A program made the translations under genes and the position numbers. Below are positions 21,240 through 32,830 of a stretch of 64,000 bases of DNA, piece by piece. The notes under the pieces are model-generated. The model saw only the letters and a list, made by a program, of their open reading frames with translations, ran no database searches and was not told the DNA's origin. The stretch's first letter is position 1. The number at the start of each line of letters is the position of its first letter. The DNA is from an uncultured bacterium (GTDB taxonomy: Bacteria; Babelota; Babeliae; Babelales; Babelaceae), in contig OY970209.1 of NCBI GenBank assembly GCA_963713855.1, forward strand, positions 1,440,001 to 1,504,000, given 5' to 3'.

Positions 21240-22466
21240 TTAAACGGGCGTTGTTCGCAAGATCCGATGTATCAGGAAACTAGCTATACCTGTTCCTACC
21301 ATCAAAAGCACAAGGGTAGCTGGCACCCCTAACGTCGTTCCTAGAATTACGCCCGGAGGTCGCAGCCATTTATTCCAAAAGAATTCATTTCGAGAGAGCT
21401 CTTGAGAAAGACCGCTGACCACAAACACTGTCATATCATTGAGATTGGAAGTAATTAATAATGTCTCGTCACCATTTTGCGCAAAAACGATTGATGTAGG
21501 CTTTATAGAGTTGGATGACAGACCATAGGTTGTCGCTCCGTTACCGCAATCTAAAGGGTGATAACCATATATAGGTAAACCCCATGTCGTGACATCGTCT
21601 GATTCTGTATTTACGGCAACAATGTGCTGACTATCTGGTGAAAAGACGATAGCACTAAGGCCCTTTGAAAGGAAAGGTTCTGCACATGGAATAGCATCAA
21701 TCAATAGACCATCTTCGGTTACCTTAAAAAACGATACATCGCCTGACTTATTAGCAGTAACAATATGTTTTCCATCGGGAGAAAACGCTATAGATACGGG
21801 ATTGTTCGAAGGCTCTGGCAACGCAAAAGGCGACTTATAAGTTTCACTCAAGGTGCCATCTTGATTCACCTCAAGAATTGTTATATTGTTTGATTTTTCA
21901 TTAGCTATAGCAAGAAGCTCACCATTCGGTGAAAAGGTTGCATCATGTTTACCATCAGGAAAAGCTGAAAAGGTGTAATTAGAAACTTTGCTTAATTCTG
22001 CGTTGCGAGTTACGTGTAACAATGTCACTTCGTTCGAATTTTTGTAGGTAATAGCCAAATGCTTACCATCCGGAGAAAATACCGTTGAAGAGAGATCTAA
22101 AGAGGGCAGAGTGAAAGTAAAATCAGTTTGAGTCAGCAGACCATCATCATTTACCAGAAACATAGTTACAAGAGTATTACAGCTAAAGGCTAAGAACTGG
22201 CCATCCGGCGAAAATGCTAACGAGTAACTTTTAGAAGTCCCCAGAGATACAGTAGACCTGTCACTCAATGAAAGTCCCTTATCTTTTATTTTCAAGATAA
22301 CGATTCTTGACCTTTTATCAATCATAGCCAAATGACGACCATTTGGACTTACCTTGAGGGAATCGCCAGCAAAATCAAAGCTTTTTGCGTGCCGCAACAA
22401 GATTGCGTTTATGGGAACGAAAACTGGCATGAGTATAAAAATATACTTTACGATGCTTTTTAACAT
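21240..22466 (-). CDS. Beta-propeller protein with C-terminal TM anchor (paralog of 1495-2763)
   Basis: FSPDGxxLA repeats, signal peptide, C-terminal hydrophobic helix. Confidence 0.85.
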   Translation of the reverse strand: MLKSIVKYIFILMPVFVPINAILLRHAKSFDFAGDSLKVSPNGRHLAMIDKRSRIVILKIKDKGLSLSDRSTVSLGTSKSYSLAFSPDGQFLAFSCNTLVTMFLVNDDGLLTQTDFTFTLPSLDLSSTVFSPDGKHLAITYKNSNEVTLLHVTRNAELSKVSNYTFSAFPDGKHDATFSPNGELLAIANEKSNNITILEVNQDGTLSETYKSPFALPEPSNNPVSIAFSPDGKHIVTANKSGDVSFFKVTEDGLLIDAIPCAEPFLSKGLSAIVFSPDSQHIVAVNTESDDVTTWGLPIYGYHPLDCGNGATTYGLSSNSIKPTSIVFAQNGDETLLITSNLNDMTVFVVSGLSQELSRNEFFWNKWLRPPGVILGTTLGVPATLVLLMVGTGIASFLIHRILRTTPV

Positions 22467-22885
22467 ATTTTACCTATTACAATAAGTCCAGATTTCAGTA
22501 CTATATTTCGTATTTTAGATCATCAGTTATTTTTGTAAAGCGAAGAAGCATCGATTTCGCTTCTAGCTGGGCTTTCAAGTGAAATACAAGAGCTTATTAG
22601 AATACAGTCAGCCAAACTTATTATCTTTATACTTCTAAATCTTAAAACCCGAATTTATAAATATTAGAAATTATTATAATTGCTAGGTAACACTATCGTG
22701 AAATCATTAACGCTATACCTAATTGCAGTTCTTGTGTTCTGTTGGCCAAGCAAAAGAACAGGAGGCGTTAATAAGCGAGGCTCAAGGTGTTGTGCTAAAA
22801 GGCCAGGAAGCTAAAGGAGTATTTACGTCAGACGATAAGAAGTACGCTTACATTTTATATCAGGAGCTTTAACAAGCCTTAAAGG

Positions 22886-23578
22886 CTATGCCTGCTGATT
22901 ATTGCTTGTTCTGTATTGCTTTAGCATTTTTTTGACCTTATTTACATATGCCTCACGTGTATCTTGCCAAGCCTTAATAACTCGTTCTTTTGAAGCATCG
23001 GGATTTTGTAACAAAAACTGTTGAGTAAAATTAATATAAGCCCATTCTTTTTTAGGAGGCACTTTCTCATGTTGTCTACGGGTATATTGTTGCTGCCAGA
23101 ATGCGGCAAACTCTGCATATGTAGGAGGATCACCCAGCATCCAGCGGTTTTTAAGCCAGTCAATTCCGAACGCAGTAAAATGAAAATGATTGCCCACAAG
23201 TACTTTAAAAAATGCCCGAGTTTTGGCATCATTCTTGTACGCGCCATATAACATCAAGGCACTGGTTTCTAGACGATATCGCACACCTTTTTTTGCCTTC
23301 GATATGGTCGGAATTTGCTTTGGTGGTACTATTTTGCCAGTCTCTATATATGTCATAATACGATGGATCAGCTCAATTTTATTGCCGTTTGTTGGCAAAC
23401 TATACGATAAGCACACATCTTTAAGCTCATTCATTTTCATATAGTGCAAAGCTTCATTTAATGCAAGTAATTCGGCTGCTGACCATAGATGCGCCTTCAT
23501 ATCTTCCCATTTCAGATTTTTTCGGCTTCGATTGCGAGCTATCAAATCTAGTTTTACGTCTTTAAGAATTGCTTGCAA
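22886..23578 (-). CDS. SAP-domain / DUF6434-like protein (start probably ATG ~23500)
   Basis: MKMNELKDVC..LPTNGNKIELIHRI; YKNDAKTRAFFK..FHFT; YINF. Confidence 0.7.
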   Translation of the reverse strand: MQAILKDVKLDLIARNRSRKNLKWEDMKAHLWSAAELLALNEALHYMKMNELKDVCLSYSLPTNGNKIELIHRIMTYIETGKIVPPKQIPTISKAKKGVRYRLETSALMLYGAYKNDAKTRAFFKVLVGNHFHFTAFGIDWLKNRWMLGDPPTYAEFAAFWQQQYTRRQHEKVPPKKEWAYINFTQQFLLQNPDASKERVIKAWQDTREAYVNKVKKMLKQYRTSNNQQA

Positions 23579-23937
23579 GATATTTGCTATTTTATTCGGA
23601 GCCCTGTTCGATCAATAATTTCACGATTGTCGTGAGCACCGCAACTCTGATGAAAAAATAGCGCGAATCAAAGATGTTTGGGCGCTGGTGCAGAATAAAT
23701 AATTTCCACATCTCGAATCTTGAATTTCAGCTACCTCTATAGCCCAAATTCTAAGTCGCGAGGATTGTACTATCGCTGGCTGTCCACGCTTAATCCAACT
23801 ATCTGGAATCAGCCTAGAAAAAGAAAACTGATCTGCGCTTGATACAAAAGAAATCATTGACTAATATACTTATAAAATCTTATATTTAGATTATATATTT
23901 CATGAATTATATTTTCGGGCTTTCATGAGAGGCAATC

Positions 23938-26403
23938 ATGAGGATTTTATGTTCATACCTATTTTTAATGTGTTGTATAGGCTCAGCTTCATTGTACAGT
24001 AACGCTCCTCTAGAAATTGAAATTGCAAGTAAAGATCTCGCCTTAAAAAATCAACAAGAGTTCGAAGAAAAATTAAACTCTTTAATAAGCGTCGCTAAAT
24101 CCACCCTTGCAAAACCTCTGACCGAGAATAATAAAAGATACGCTTCTCAAATACACACCCAGCTATCAGTTTTGCTTGATATTTATGGGCATCGATATCC
24201 TATCGAGCCATCATTGCGTAAAGAAATCGTAAACCTACTCACTAAGCCTTCCGATACTGCGCCAACTAAAAAAGAAAGCCCTATAAAAGCAACAGAGGTA
24301 TCTATACCTGCACTCGGACTTACTTATCACCCAGGCTTTAAACTTCCTTTCATAAAGCAAAGCCCTGGTCAAATACTTACCCAAACACAAGTTTATTTAC
24401 AGGTTCCCGAATTGAGGAGCCGGGCATATAGTCTTATAAGATCATTAGAACAAGAACATGGCACTGAAGCTATTGCTCCTTATCTCTCATTAATACCTGA
24501 TATTATACGACAAGAAGTTGCGCTCAAGGATTATGATGTATTCTACCATGGACAACATGGTGATTTCGCATTTTTATACGATGTTATTAAGGAAATACAA
24601 CAGTGGCTAGCTGTTCGTCAAGAAACGAAGCACTTTGAGTATCTTCGAACTCCAGGTATGTTCCATCTCGATCAAAGCCTAAAAGAATTTCTTAAAGCAA
24701 CTTTTAGCGAAGATCAAAGTGCTTTCTCTCAGGGAAGTTTTGACAAAACACACCAAGATCTTCTCCTCTCTGTTAATTTATCACTTTTTGGTAGTTCTGA
24801 TGCATCTAATGAATCTTCATTTGCTTATTTCGTTGCAGGATATAATGCCTACACATCATCAACTCGTCCTCTGCTAGAGAAGCTTTTTGACCACTTTGAT
24901 TTCAAGAAATCGTACCTTGACGAGTTATTAGCTCTTTCAGAAAAATTTAGAAAAGGTGCTGAAAAAGGTAACCTTCTACAAATTTTTATGCCACGAGACA
25001 AAGTAAACGACTTGGTCTACTTAAGCGGTGGTTTTGGTGGGTTACCTGTAGGAGTAAAACCTTCATACTTCCATCCATTGGATTTTCCAAGATATGCACA
25101 AGCCCACCCAATCAAGGTAAAGGATGATGCAGGCAAAATACGAACGTATAACTTAAAGACAATGGATACCAGAACCTATCTGGATTTCTACCGCAGCAAT
25201 CCTCAAGCTATTAATCCTGATGATATGGATGTAATTCAAGGAAGGATTCTTCTTAATAATGATTTTCTAACGTACTCTCGCGAAGGAATAAAAATCTATT
25301 CTTACAATTTTATAACCATTAACCACGTCGAACAATACAAAAAAGAATTTAAGAGAATTATTAGCCGTATGATGCTCGACTGGCTTACCAGTCCAACTGA
25401 TACTTTTCTTAAAGAACGTTACCATATTGTTCAGAAAGCTTTTAAAAAATACACACCGGCTTCAAAAGTTGGAATAACTATAACACCTAAGCAAGAAAAC
25501 AAGCATCCATTGGTAAATGAGCAACAACAAGCACGGGATTTTTGGAAAAAATATTTTGCCCTTCAAAAAGCTCGCCGTAAAAAATTTCAGACACCTATAC
25601 CGTCCAGAAGACCCTATGCCAAAGGTGAAAAAGATGTAATGACGGTACGTTGGGCATTAGATCAATTTTTAACAGCAAGTGATAAAAGAGAGAGACTGGA
25701 TGCCTACAATGCTCTTAGAGAACTATTTAACCTTGAGCTTGCAGTTGCTCCCATTGAGATCGATACAGAATGGGTCTCAAATGAGAATCGCCAATCCCTT
25801 ATACAAATTATGAAAAATAACCTAGCATTAAATGAATCCTCAGTTGAAAAGAAGGTCTATCTGCTAAATTCCATATTTGAACCGGAATGTTTCGGCGAAG
25901 ATTATCTCCACTTATTTAAAAGTACTTCGGAACGCAGCACTATCTTAGATGAGATGCGGCTTATAGCTTATAATGAACTACGTAGCATGCTTCATCAATC
26001 AACCGCTCTATCAACAAACGATATAGATGAGGCATGGTTAGACCACCAAGATACTACTCTGTTTAAATACATCGTTAATACACATTTAGTACAGAGCTTA
26101 AATACATCTCCAAAACAGCAGTACTTTCTTACAGCCCTTGCTCTTGGTGACGTGTATCCATTAAGTCATCTTTTAGAGAACTCTACGTACGACTTATGTT
26201 TTTCCGAAGAACGTGAAGAGCGAATAAGATTTAACGCTTATAATCTCCTACGTCAGATGCTCAATCTTGCTGTAGCACCCTCGCCATTTCACATGGATAA
26301 AACCTGGCTTGAGAACATACACGGAAAATTAAACGATGTGTTTCATTCCACTAAAAAAGGACGGCAGTTTCTAGATTCTTTAACAGAGTCTTTTTTTGGA
26401 TAG
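23938..26403 (+). CDS. Large exported hypothetical protein with three YNxLRxxL..ID..W repeats
   Basis: 821-aa ORF, signal peptide, AYNALRELF/AYNELRSML/AYNLLRQML. Confidence 0.75.
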   Translation: MRILCSYLFLMCCIGSASLYSNAPLEIEIASKDLALKNQQEFEEKLNSLISVAKSTLAKPLTENNKRYASQIHTQLSVLLDIYGHRYPIEPSLRKEIVNLLTKPSDTAPTKKESPIKATEVSIPALGLTYHPGFKLPFIKQSPGQILTQTQVYLQVPELRSRAYSLIRSLEQEHGTEAIAPYLSLIPDIIRQEVALKDYDVFYHGQHGDFAFLYDVIKEIQQWLAVRQETKHFEYLRTPGMFHLDQSLKEFLKATFSEDQSAFSQGSFDKTHQDLLLSVNLSLFGSSDASNESSFAYFVAGYNAYTSSTRPLLEKLFDHFDFKKSYLDELLALSEKFRKGAEKGNLLQIFMPRDKVNDLVYLSGGFGGLPVGVKPSYFHPLDFPRYAQAHPIKVKDDAGKIRTYNLKTMDTRTYLDFYRSNPQAINPDDMDVIQGRILLNNDFLTYSREGIKIYSYNFITINHVEQYKKEFKRIISRMMLDWLTSPTDTFLKERYHIVQKAFKKYTPASKVGITITPKQENKHPLVNEQQQARDFWKKYFALQKARRKKFQTPIPSRRPYAKGEKDVMTVRWALDQFLTASDKRERLDAYNALRELFNLELAVAPIEIDTEWVSNENRQSLIQIMKNNLALNESSVEKKVYLLNSIFEPECFGEDYLHLFKSTSERSTILDEMRLIAYNELRSMLHQSTALSTNDIDEAWLDHQDTTLFKYIVNTHLVQSLNTSPKQQYFLTALALGDVYPLSHLLENSTYDLCFSEEREERIRFNAYNLLRQMLNLAVAPSPFHMDKTWLENIHGKLNDVFHSTKKGRQFLDSLTESFFG

Positions 26404-26471
26404 CAATTGAGCAAGAGCACTTTTAACGACTCATCTATACGTGATGTCTAAAAACGCACTTAACAGATTTA

Positions 26472-27245
26472 TTATTCTGAGCTATCTTTTAAGCAGCCTT
26501 TTAAAAGTTCTACTTCTTCAATTGGCGTAAGATTCGAGATACCCATAAGCAAGAGAATTGACTTTACCAGAAAATTAGGCATGCGTATAGCTTCAGAAGC
26601 CTCATAGTTTTTTATCATAGAAAGCACTACATCGGATCTACCATTTTTAACAAGTTTTTGGCATGCAAATAAATCTGCCTCACGTTCGTGGTCAATTTTA
26701 TGGGCAGCATGCATAGATGATTGCAAAGTGCTAAATAGCGGTATTCCTATCAAATATGAAAACCCCAATAACGATTTGCCTGCTTTAAAATGAGCAAAAG
26801 ACTTATACAAAAAATAGCACGCCAAAATGGCCGCTATTAAAGACTCCGCCCTCATGAGTATAGATTCTTGTATAGCTGTAGCGTGATCATAATGAAGGTG
26901 ACCCACTTCATGATAAATTGCAAAGAGTTTTTCAGCTTGAGAGTATGCTGATGTTGATTGAGATGGAAATACGATAAATCTTTGTCCCTCCTGCCTAAAC
27001 GTATGAGCCCATTCACCACCGCTTTCTAAAATAATAACGTTCTCGGTAATTCCGCACTCATCTAAAACTTTTCGCGCCTCAGTCTCAACCAAAACTGAAG
27101 CCGGCCTAAGATTTCTTTCGGACATAACGCGCGCCTTGATGCTCTCTGATTCTAATATATCATTACTACCGGTGGCATAAACGCAATTGATTAATAAGAT
27201 ACCCATACAAAAAATCTTTAAAGCACAACTCATGCGAAACCTCAA
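26472..27245 (-). CDS. M48-like zinc metalloprotease
   Basis: YHEVGHLH, two TM segments, HEREADLFA. Confidence 0.8.
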   Translation of the reverse strand: MRFRMSCALKIFCMGILLINCVYATGSNDILESESIKARVMSERNLRPASVLVETEARKVLDECGITENVIILESGGEWAHTFRQEGQRFIVFPSQSTSAYSQAEKLFAIYHEVGHLHYDHATAIQESILMRAESLIAAILACYFLYKSFAHFKAGKSLLGFSYLIGIPLFSTLQSSMHAAHKIDHEREADLFACQKLVKNGRSDVVLSMIKNYEASEAIRMPNFLVKSILLLMGISNLTPIEEVELLKGCLKDSSE

Positions 27246-27530
27246 GCTTTAAAACGAATATCAATTTGTAATACAGCTCTCATATAATACGATCTGAAAA
27301 TAAAAAGTCAATATGAGTTAAATCCGAAATATCCTCAAATTACATTCAAACATGGCGGAGCATGAGTTATGCGCCCACTAAAACGGATAAAATATCTTTT
27401 AAATGCACAAAACACAAAGCCTATTTCATGAATTTGAATAAGTATATGCCATTCTCGCCCGGAGCTGTGAGAATACCGTTCTCTGTCTGGGCGTCTAAAG
27501 TTTCTTGAAAATCCAAAGAAGTCATTTTAA

Positions 27531-27971
27531 TTAAGAGGCCTTCTTTCTTAATTGGTTGAATTCATCGTGAGTCCACCATTCGATATTTAAAACACCTGAA
27601 TGGCTCTTGAGTGAATCGTCAATCGCGTTCTTAATAGTTTCTACAAATTTTGTAGTGTCTACCTTCTTAAAAAAGAAGCGCCTAACGAATGGAACATGTG
27701 GTTCGATAAAACACAAAAAACCATTTGGATATTCTTCGTAATTTGCACAACCTATCCACGTATTAAAATTTTCATTACGAATGGGTACAACCCAGCCCCA
27801 ATCTTCAACAAATGGCTCATCTACAGGTATTCCTCTTTTTTCAAGTTCAAGGTGTAGAAAGTCAGCAAGACGTTTGCCAAATATTCCAGGGTTAACCATT
27901 TCCGCTTCATCTTCGTAGGCAGGAAATTGATCGGAACAAAATTCTACATAAGTCTTCATCTTAAAGCCCAC
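27531..27971 (-). CDS. Hypothetical protein, possibly orphan immunity protein
   Basis: Acidic small protein with VNPGIFGKRLA and EDWGW motifs; no adjacent toxin. Confidence 0.6.
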   Translation of the reverse strand: MGFKMKTYVEFCSDQFPAYEDEAEMVNPGIFGKRLADFLHLELEKRGIPVDEPFVEDWGWVVPIRNENFNTWIGCANYEEYPNGFLCFIEPHVPFVRRFFFKKVDTTKFVETIKNAIDDSLKSHSGVLNIEWWTHDEFNQLRKKAS

Positions 27972-28123
27972 TTAATATGTTAGGTCGATTTTTTGTTAAG
28001 GATAGACTAAATAACTGGCTTGCTCAATAATGGCATACCTAGATTATAGACGGCGCCATCTAGCAGTATCTCGGCCACTCATTAAGTAGCAAAAAAGCCA
28101 TTTTTAGAATAATCGGCCTACCC

Positions 28124-28696
28124 TCATTGAGCTTTTTGAAGGAGCTCTAATATCTGCACCGTTTTTTGAAGTTCGTTCATGGTTTCTTCTTTTGTTAATT
28201 TCAAACCTAAGAGGTTATCAGAGTTCGCTTTTATTAACTCTAATAAGCCAGTTGCTATTCCTACTATTAACGCTAAAGCTCCGATACCCGTCAGTGCGTA
28301 GGTATATCTCGAATCACATTGAACCGGACGCCCTGTCAAGCGCGGAATTTGCTTATATATCAAATAAATACTTAATGGAATGAGGGCTGCGCCTCCAAAT
28401 GCATTGTAGAGATTAACCTGCTCTTGCTCTTCATCTTCTAGCTCGATTTTCAAGCTTTCTATCTCTTCAAGAGCTAAAGCAGAAAGAATGCGCCGTTCCT
28501 TCTTAGCAAGTGATCCGTGCTGATACAGCAGATGACTAACAGACTCTGGGTCATGCTGCTCGACAGCTCTTTCAATGTCTTTAAGAGATATAGCAGGGCT
28601 AGAAGCCTTAAAGTGAAAACAGCCAAAGAACAGTGCCATGTATGCAAATAGCGCTATAACATTTTCATTTTTAATCATGAATGCTCCATCAAACAT
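28124..28696 (-). CDS. Hypothetical membrane protein
   Basis: Signal peptide and two TM helices. Confidence 0.65.
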   Translation of the reverse strand: MFDGAFMIKNENVIALFAYMALFFGCFHFKASSPAISLKDIERAVEQHDPESVSHLLYQHGSLAKKERRILSALALEEIESLKIELEDEEQEQVNLYNAFGGAALIPLSIYLIYKQIPRLTGRPVQCDSRYTYALTGIGALALIVGIATGLLELIKANSDNLLGLKLTKEETMNELQKTVQILELLQKAQ

Positions 28697-29380
28697 GCTT
28701 TAGGCCTAAGATCATACTAAACGTATGTTAACATAAATTCTAATATTGAAAAAAAATAGCACTTTAGCAATAAAAAGGTCAAGCTTGAGCAGGCCGAAAA
28801 CAATTGAATGAGAAAAGACATAGAGAGCCTTGAACAAGTCATGCTTAAAGTAGCCTAATACTTTGAAATGAGGCGCCTAGAATATAAGCAATTATTCTAA
28901 AATATAGTTAAAAAATAGCTTATTTATCCATAGATAGTCAAAGAGTTTCGAACTCTGACTCGCAAGAGAAAGTTTCAAAGAGCATACTAGTGCTGTACTT
29001 GAAAACAAGCATAATCTTTACTCCAAAGAGCTCAAGGAACTGCCAGCAGCTGATCAGATTATTAAATTACCGCAGGAAATTGCGTAATGTATAGCAAAGA
29101 CTCTAATTCTGCCACCCTCGGCGGAAGTTTTTTTTCTAAAGCGATCTTGCATGATTGGGATGATAAGCGTGCTTTTTAATTCTGGGAATGTATCAGTGCG
29201 ATGCAACTTCAATCAATTTTGTATATCATCGAATCGATATTTGATCATTGTGAAGATGAAAGAAAAATGGGTGATGAAGAGCGCAATAAATTGGCTCGCT
29301 CCCGCAATATTGACATTATTTTGAGATTTTAGTTATTATTTTAATGTCGGTAGATAATTTAATAATAAAGGAGATAGAGC

Positions 29381-29752
29381 ATGAAGAAAACATTACTACT
29401 GATACTTTTAGTGTCATATACCCATATAAGTAACACCAGCACGACTAAGCAAGAGTGCTCACAAGGTCAGTCCTATGATGCAGTAGCCAATGTATGCTGC
29501 GATAATAATCTTTTTAGCGCAGCAAGCAAGCGTTGTTGCCCAAGTGGATATGCTCCGACATCGAATAAAGGTGGTGGTCTTATGCTATCGCCTTGGAGTC
29601 CGAAATTTCTTCCTGATTCAGATAAGATTTGTTGTCCTTTAGGCAGCCAAGCCGTTCCTGTTGGGGGAGGGAAATATTACAAATTCGTTTGTTGTGCTAA
29701 GCGAACCGAGGATTTTCCTTGTCAAGTAAAAAAAACAAATCCTCCGGTATAA
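29381..29752 (+). CDS. Cys-rich secreted protein (CC/CCP repeats)
   Basis: AAGGAG RBS, signal peptide, four CC pairs. Confidence 0.75.
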   Translation: MKKTLLLILLVSYTHISNTSTTKQECSQGQSYDAVANVCCDNNLFSAASKRCCPSGYAPTSNKGGGLMLSPWSPKFLPDSDKICCPLGSQAVPVGGGKYYKFVCCAKRTEDFPCQVKKTNPPV

Positions 29753-29887
29753 ACCTGCCTATTTAAGCAAGCTTTTTCTAATAGAGGCATCCTGACAACG
29801 CTAATACAAGATTGATAGGAATAAGTGGATTGCTGTTTTCATGCATTGCAAAAAGCTTGTATAAGCTACAACTCGTTGGCGCATTAA

Positions 29888-30160
29888 GATAGGTTTTACC
29901 AGACTATTCGAGATCAGACCATTGGCGTTAATATCCAGCTCGAGCAACTCCAAGAGGACCAAGATAATTATTACGTTACAGCAAAATGCCTTCTGGGTTT
30001 AGCTAATCGAGCATTTGAACTTTTTACAAGTTCTGAAATTGAAGAAAAGCGACAGGTTATGAAACTTGTACTATCGAACGTCGAGATGGCCGGAAAAGCG
30101 CTCTACGACGTTCAACCGCCATTTGATATGATCCTAAAATGTTCGGATCGTCAACTATGG
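29888..30160 (+). pseudogene. 3' remnant of the large serine recombinase (copy 1)
   Basis: Aligns to 56609-56884 (EDNYY.TAKCLLGLANRA...KCSDRQLW). Confidence 0.92.
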
Positions 30161-30192
30161 CGTACCTAAGAGACTTATTCAGGAACAGAGAA
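30132..30192 (+). repeat. R1: attP-like junction (recombinase arm + right arm)
   Basis: TCCTAAAATGTTCGGATCGTCAACTA-TG-GCGTACCTAAGAGACTTATTCAGGAACAGAGAA (one G missing). Confidence 0.88.
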
Positions 30193-30277
30193 ACAAACTA
30201 GACACATTTTCACGTGCTTTAAGAATAGCTACGTGAAACACTAACCAAAAATACCTGCTCTTTCAAAGCTTATGCTG

Positions 30278-30559
30278 CTACTTCATTTCTCTGAACATTT
30301 TTAAATGCTTATTTTCGTCATTCATAAACACTTTCAGTTGACTCATATTGTAGCCATATCGCTCAAAAAGACCTCGAAGCTCAAGCAAGTCTAGCTTGGG
30401 TATATTTTTTGATACGACATACACGTATACCTCTTTCCCAATTCCCTTACATCCTATTACAGATTTAATCTTTTTAAGCCACTCAAACATTGCATCTTCA
30501 TCATATTGAGGAGAATAAAAGGTGAGCGGAGTTAATATAAGAGTAACTTGATCATTCAT
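30278..30559 (-). CDS. Putative immunity protein for the upstream Ntox37-like toxin
   Basis: Directly downstream of the toxin; FYSPQYDEDAMFEWLKKI..LLELRGLFERY..MSQL. Confidence 0.75.
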   Translation of the reverse strand: MNDQVTLILTPLTFYSPQYDEDAMFEWLKKIKSVIGCKGIGKEVYVYVVSKNIPKLDLLELRGLFERYGYNMSQLKVFMNDENKHLKMFREMK

Positions 30560-30566
30560 AATTTTT

Positions 30567-31450
30567 CTATTTAGTAGGAGGTCTAGTTTTTCCGCCGGGA
30601 TAGATATTATTTACACGATCTCCATCGGGATTTACAATATCCAATGTGGACCGGCATGACCATAAGGACCGCTTGGTACCCAATAGTTGCCATCTTTATC
30701 TGGCCAACCATGCTGATCAGTTTCGGGATGAGGCTGCTTTTTCCCATCAGAATTTTTGGGAGGAATATATCCATCTTTTTCACCAGGCTTATCAGGAATG
30801 GAAAGGTCATAAAGACGGTTGAACTCTTCCTAATTTGCAGTTCTTCCTGATGCACCAAACAACTTTTTAAAAGCTCCATTTACAAAGAATTTTGAAGCTA
30901 TTCCACCTAAAGTAGCGAGAACTCCCATTCCTACGGCATTCCAGCCAACAAAAGCTAAACCTTGGCCTGCTCCCCATGCAAAAAGCGGTATTATATTATG
31001 CACTAATATATCTTCTCTTGATACACAGAAATTATGATACTCCTCTACGGTAAGATCATAAGCAATATCATGAGTAACTATTTCTAAGATATGACCAACT
31101 TTAACGAACTCTAAGCAATTTTTTAAAAGTGAATGGCCTACTTTGAGCTCTTCTGCTTTTACCCACTTTCCTTCTAAAGGGAGATAAAATATGTGATCAT
31201 CTGCTACAACTATTTCCTCGCCATTAACAACAACGCGAAAAAAACGTGAAGCTCCTTTATGTTCTATATGCGTAACACTTCTCTCAATACAAGAGCCCTT
31301 AAAATCAAAACAAATGACTTTATCACCTTCTTTAAGCTCTTCTATTGGTATGTAGCCATTTGAGACTTTAACTAAAGTTCCACTTAAAAACCCTTCTCCT
31401 CGAGCAACGTTTATCGCCAAGAAACATATAAGTATTAAGATTCTTTTCAT
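30567..31450 (-). pseudogene. Hint-domain polymorphic toxin with Ntox37-like C-terminus, disrupted
   Basis: Signal + Hint (GFLSGTLV...YDLTVEEYHNFCV..ILVHN). In-frame TAG at 30830-30832, then PGEKDGYIPPK..GWPDKDGNYWVP..GHAGPHW, a 1-nt frameshift near 30641, then DIVNPDG..NIYPGG. Confidence 0.85.
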
Positions 31451-31663
31451 GCTTTTTCTCTTTAGATATTTCTAACGTACAATCAAATCTGCTTCAGTGT
31501 AGAATGAACTTTAATAAAGTCAACGGTGTGTTTGCTTGCAAGACAGTTGCTGTTAACAAGAAAGAAAACATAAATCAGGGCTGCGGTTAGAAAATGATGA
31601 GCTTAAAATTATTGAGGTTTTTAAAGCGGCTTAAAAACCTCTACCAAGACAGTATAGATAATA

Positions 31664-31714
31664 CCAGCCTTTAAGTGCTGGCGGCACCTAAGCGACGCAT
31701 TCGGAAATAGAGAG
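31664..31714 (+). repeat. R2: hairpin + right arm
   Basis: CCAGC-ctttaagt-GCTGG CGGCACCTAAGCGACGCATTCGGAAATAGAGAG. Confidence 0.9.
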
Positions 31715-31763
31715 ATTAAACCAAACTTACTTTTTAAAATAGGAGATCTCTTTAATTTCTTAC

Positions 31764-32828
31764 TCAATAAGTAATGGCAATAGTTTTGTCTTTACAATTT
31801 ATATGCACCAGCCCACCATTAGGAACAACTATTTGCGGGTCTGTATGACCAAAATTCAGATTAAAAACAACAGGAAGATTAGCGTTGTAATCCTGCAAAG
31901 CTTGCTGAATTGCTTCTCTCTGATTTGTTACATAGTGCCCTCTACCTTCAGGCGGCAACATATGCATAAACTGCGTCTTTGGTAACCCAACTAAGATAGC
32001 TTTCAATCGCCTAAGTATGTTACGCTCAGCAAGTGCCGCAACAAAGCGATAAATAAATCCAGAACTTGGCAACTCTTCTGATGTCTCAATATATAAGACA
32101 ATATCATCATGCTTTTCAAATTGGGGAAGATAATAGGGACTATTTACAGCAAGCTGTAAGTCCAAAACTTCTAAACAGCCTCCCCATAACCTACCCGATA
32201 GTACGCTATCATCACAATTATACCATTCCCAATTCGGAGTCCTTTCCATAGGACGCTTAATGAAAAGTTTACTTGTGTCACTCCAATCAAAATCATAATC
32301 AGTATATTCCGCGGGCTTATTTATATAACCAACTTCAGTATCAAACAAAGCCTTTTTTATAGAATTAATAGTGTAATCATGCATAGCACCTTGCATACCA
32401 AATTGCGACATAAGTGCACCGCCATAGTAAGAAATTAAGCCAAGATTCCATAATAAAACATGTATATTGGTTATATCACTATACCCTAGAAATATCTTAG
32501 GGTGAGCTAAAATAATTTTGCGATCTAAATAAGGCAAAATTCGAATACAATCACTTCCACCAGTTGTAGCAATTATTGCTTTAATTGAAGCATCTTCAAA
32601 AGCTGTATTGATGTCATCAGCACGTGCTTCTGGATTACGCGACAAATATTCTGGGCTTTTACGAGTAGTAGGCAATTCTATGGGAATAAGATTGAAAATA
32701 GTCTGCAAACGCCGAATACCAAGTTCGTAGACTTGGGGAAATAAGTAAGCACATGCTGCTGATGGAGATACAATAGCGACTTTGTCACCAGGTTGTAAAC
32801 GTGATGGTATAATAAAAGAGGCACTCAT
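31764..32828 (-). CDS. S66 peptidase (LD-carboxypeptidase / MccF-like)
   Basis: GDKVAIVSPS, ARADDIN, TGGSD, GYSDIT, GGCLE, YIETSE, FGHTDP. Confidence 0.93.
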   Translation of the reverse strand: MSASFIIPSRLQPGDKVAIVSPSAACAYLFPQVYELGIRRLQTIFNLIPIELPTTRKSPEYLSRNPEARADDINTAFEDASIKAIIATTGGSDCIRILPYLDRKIILAHPKIFLGYSDITNIHVLLWNLGLISYYGGALMSQFGMQGAMHDYTINSIKKALFDTEVGYINKPAEYTDYDFDWSDTSKLFIKRPMERTPNWEWYNCDDSVLSGRLWGGCLEVLDLQLAVNSPYYLPQFEKHDDIVLYIETSEELPSSGFIYRFVAALAERNILRRLKAILVGLPKTQFMHMLPPEGRGHYVTNQREAIQQALQDYNANLPVVFNLNFGHTDPQIVVPNGGLVHINCKDKTIAITY

Positions 32829-32830
32829 AG

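Noticed and set aside
27353..27360. TGGCGGAG as a tRNA-end/att remnant
   Set aside because: Only a 6-nt match with no supporting arm.
28031..28046. TGGCATACCTAG as a further leftmost repeat
   Set aside because: Lacks the GACGCATTCAGG half and the stem; too degenerate to call, so the left boundary stays open.
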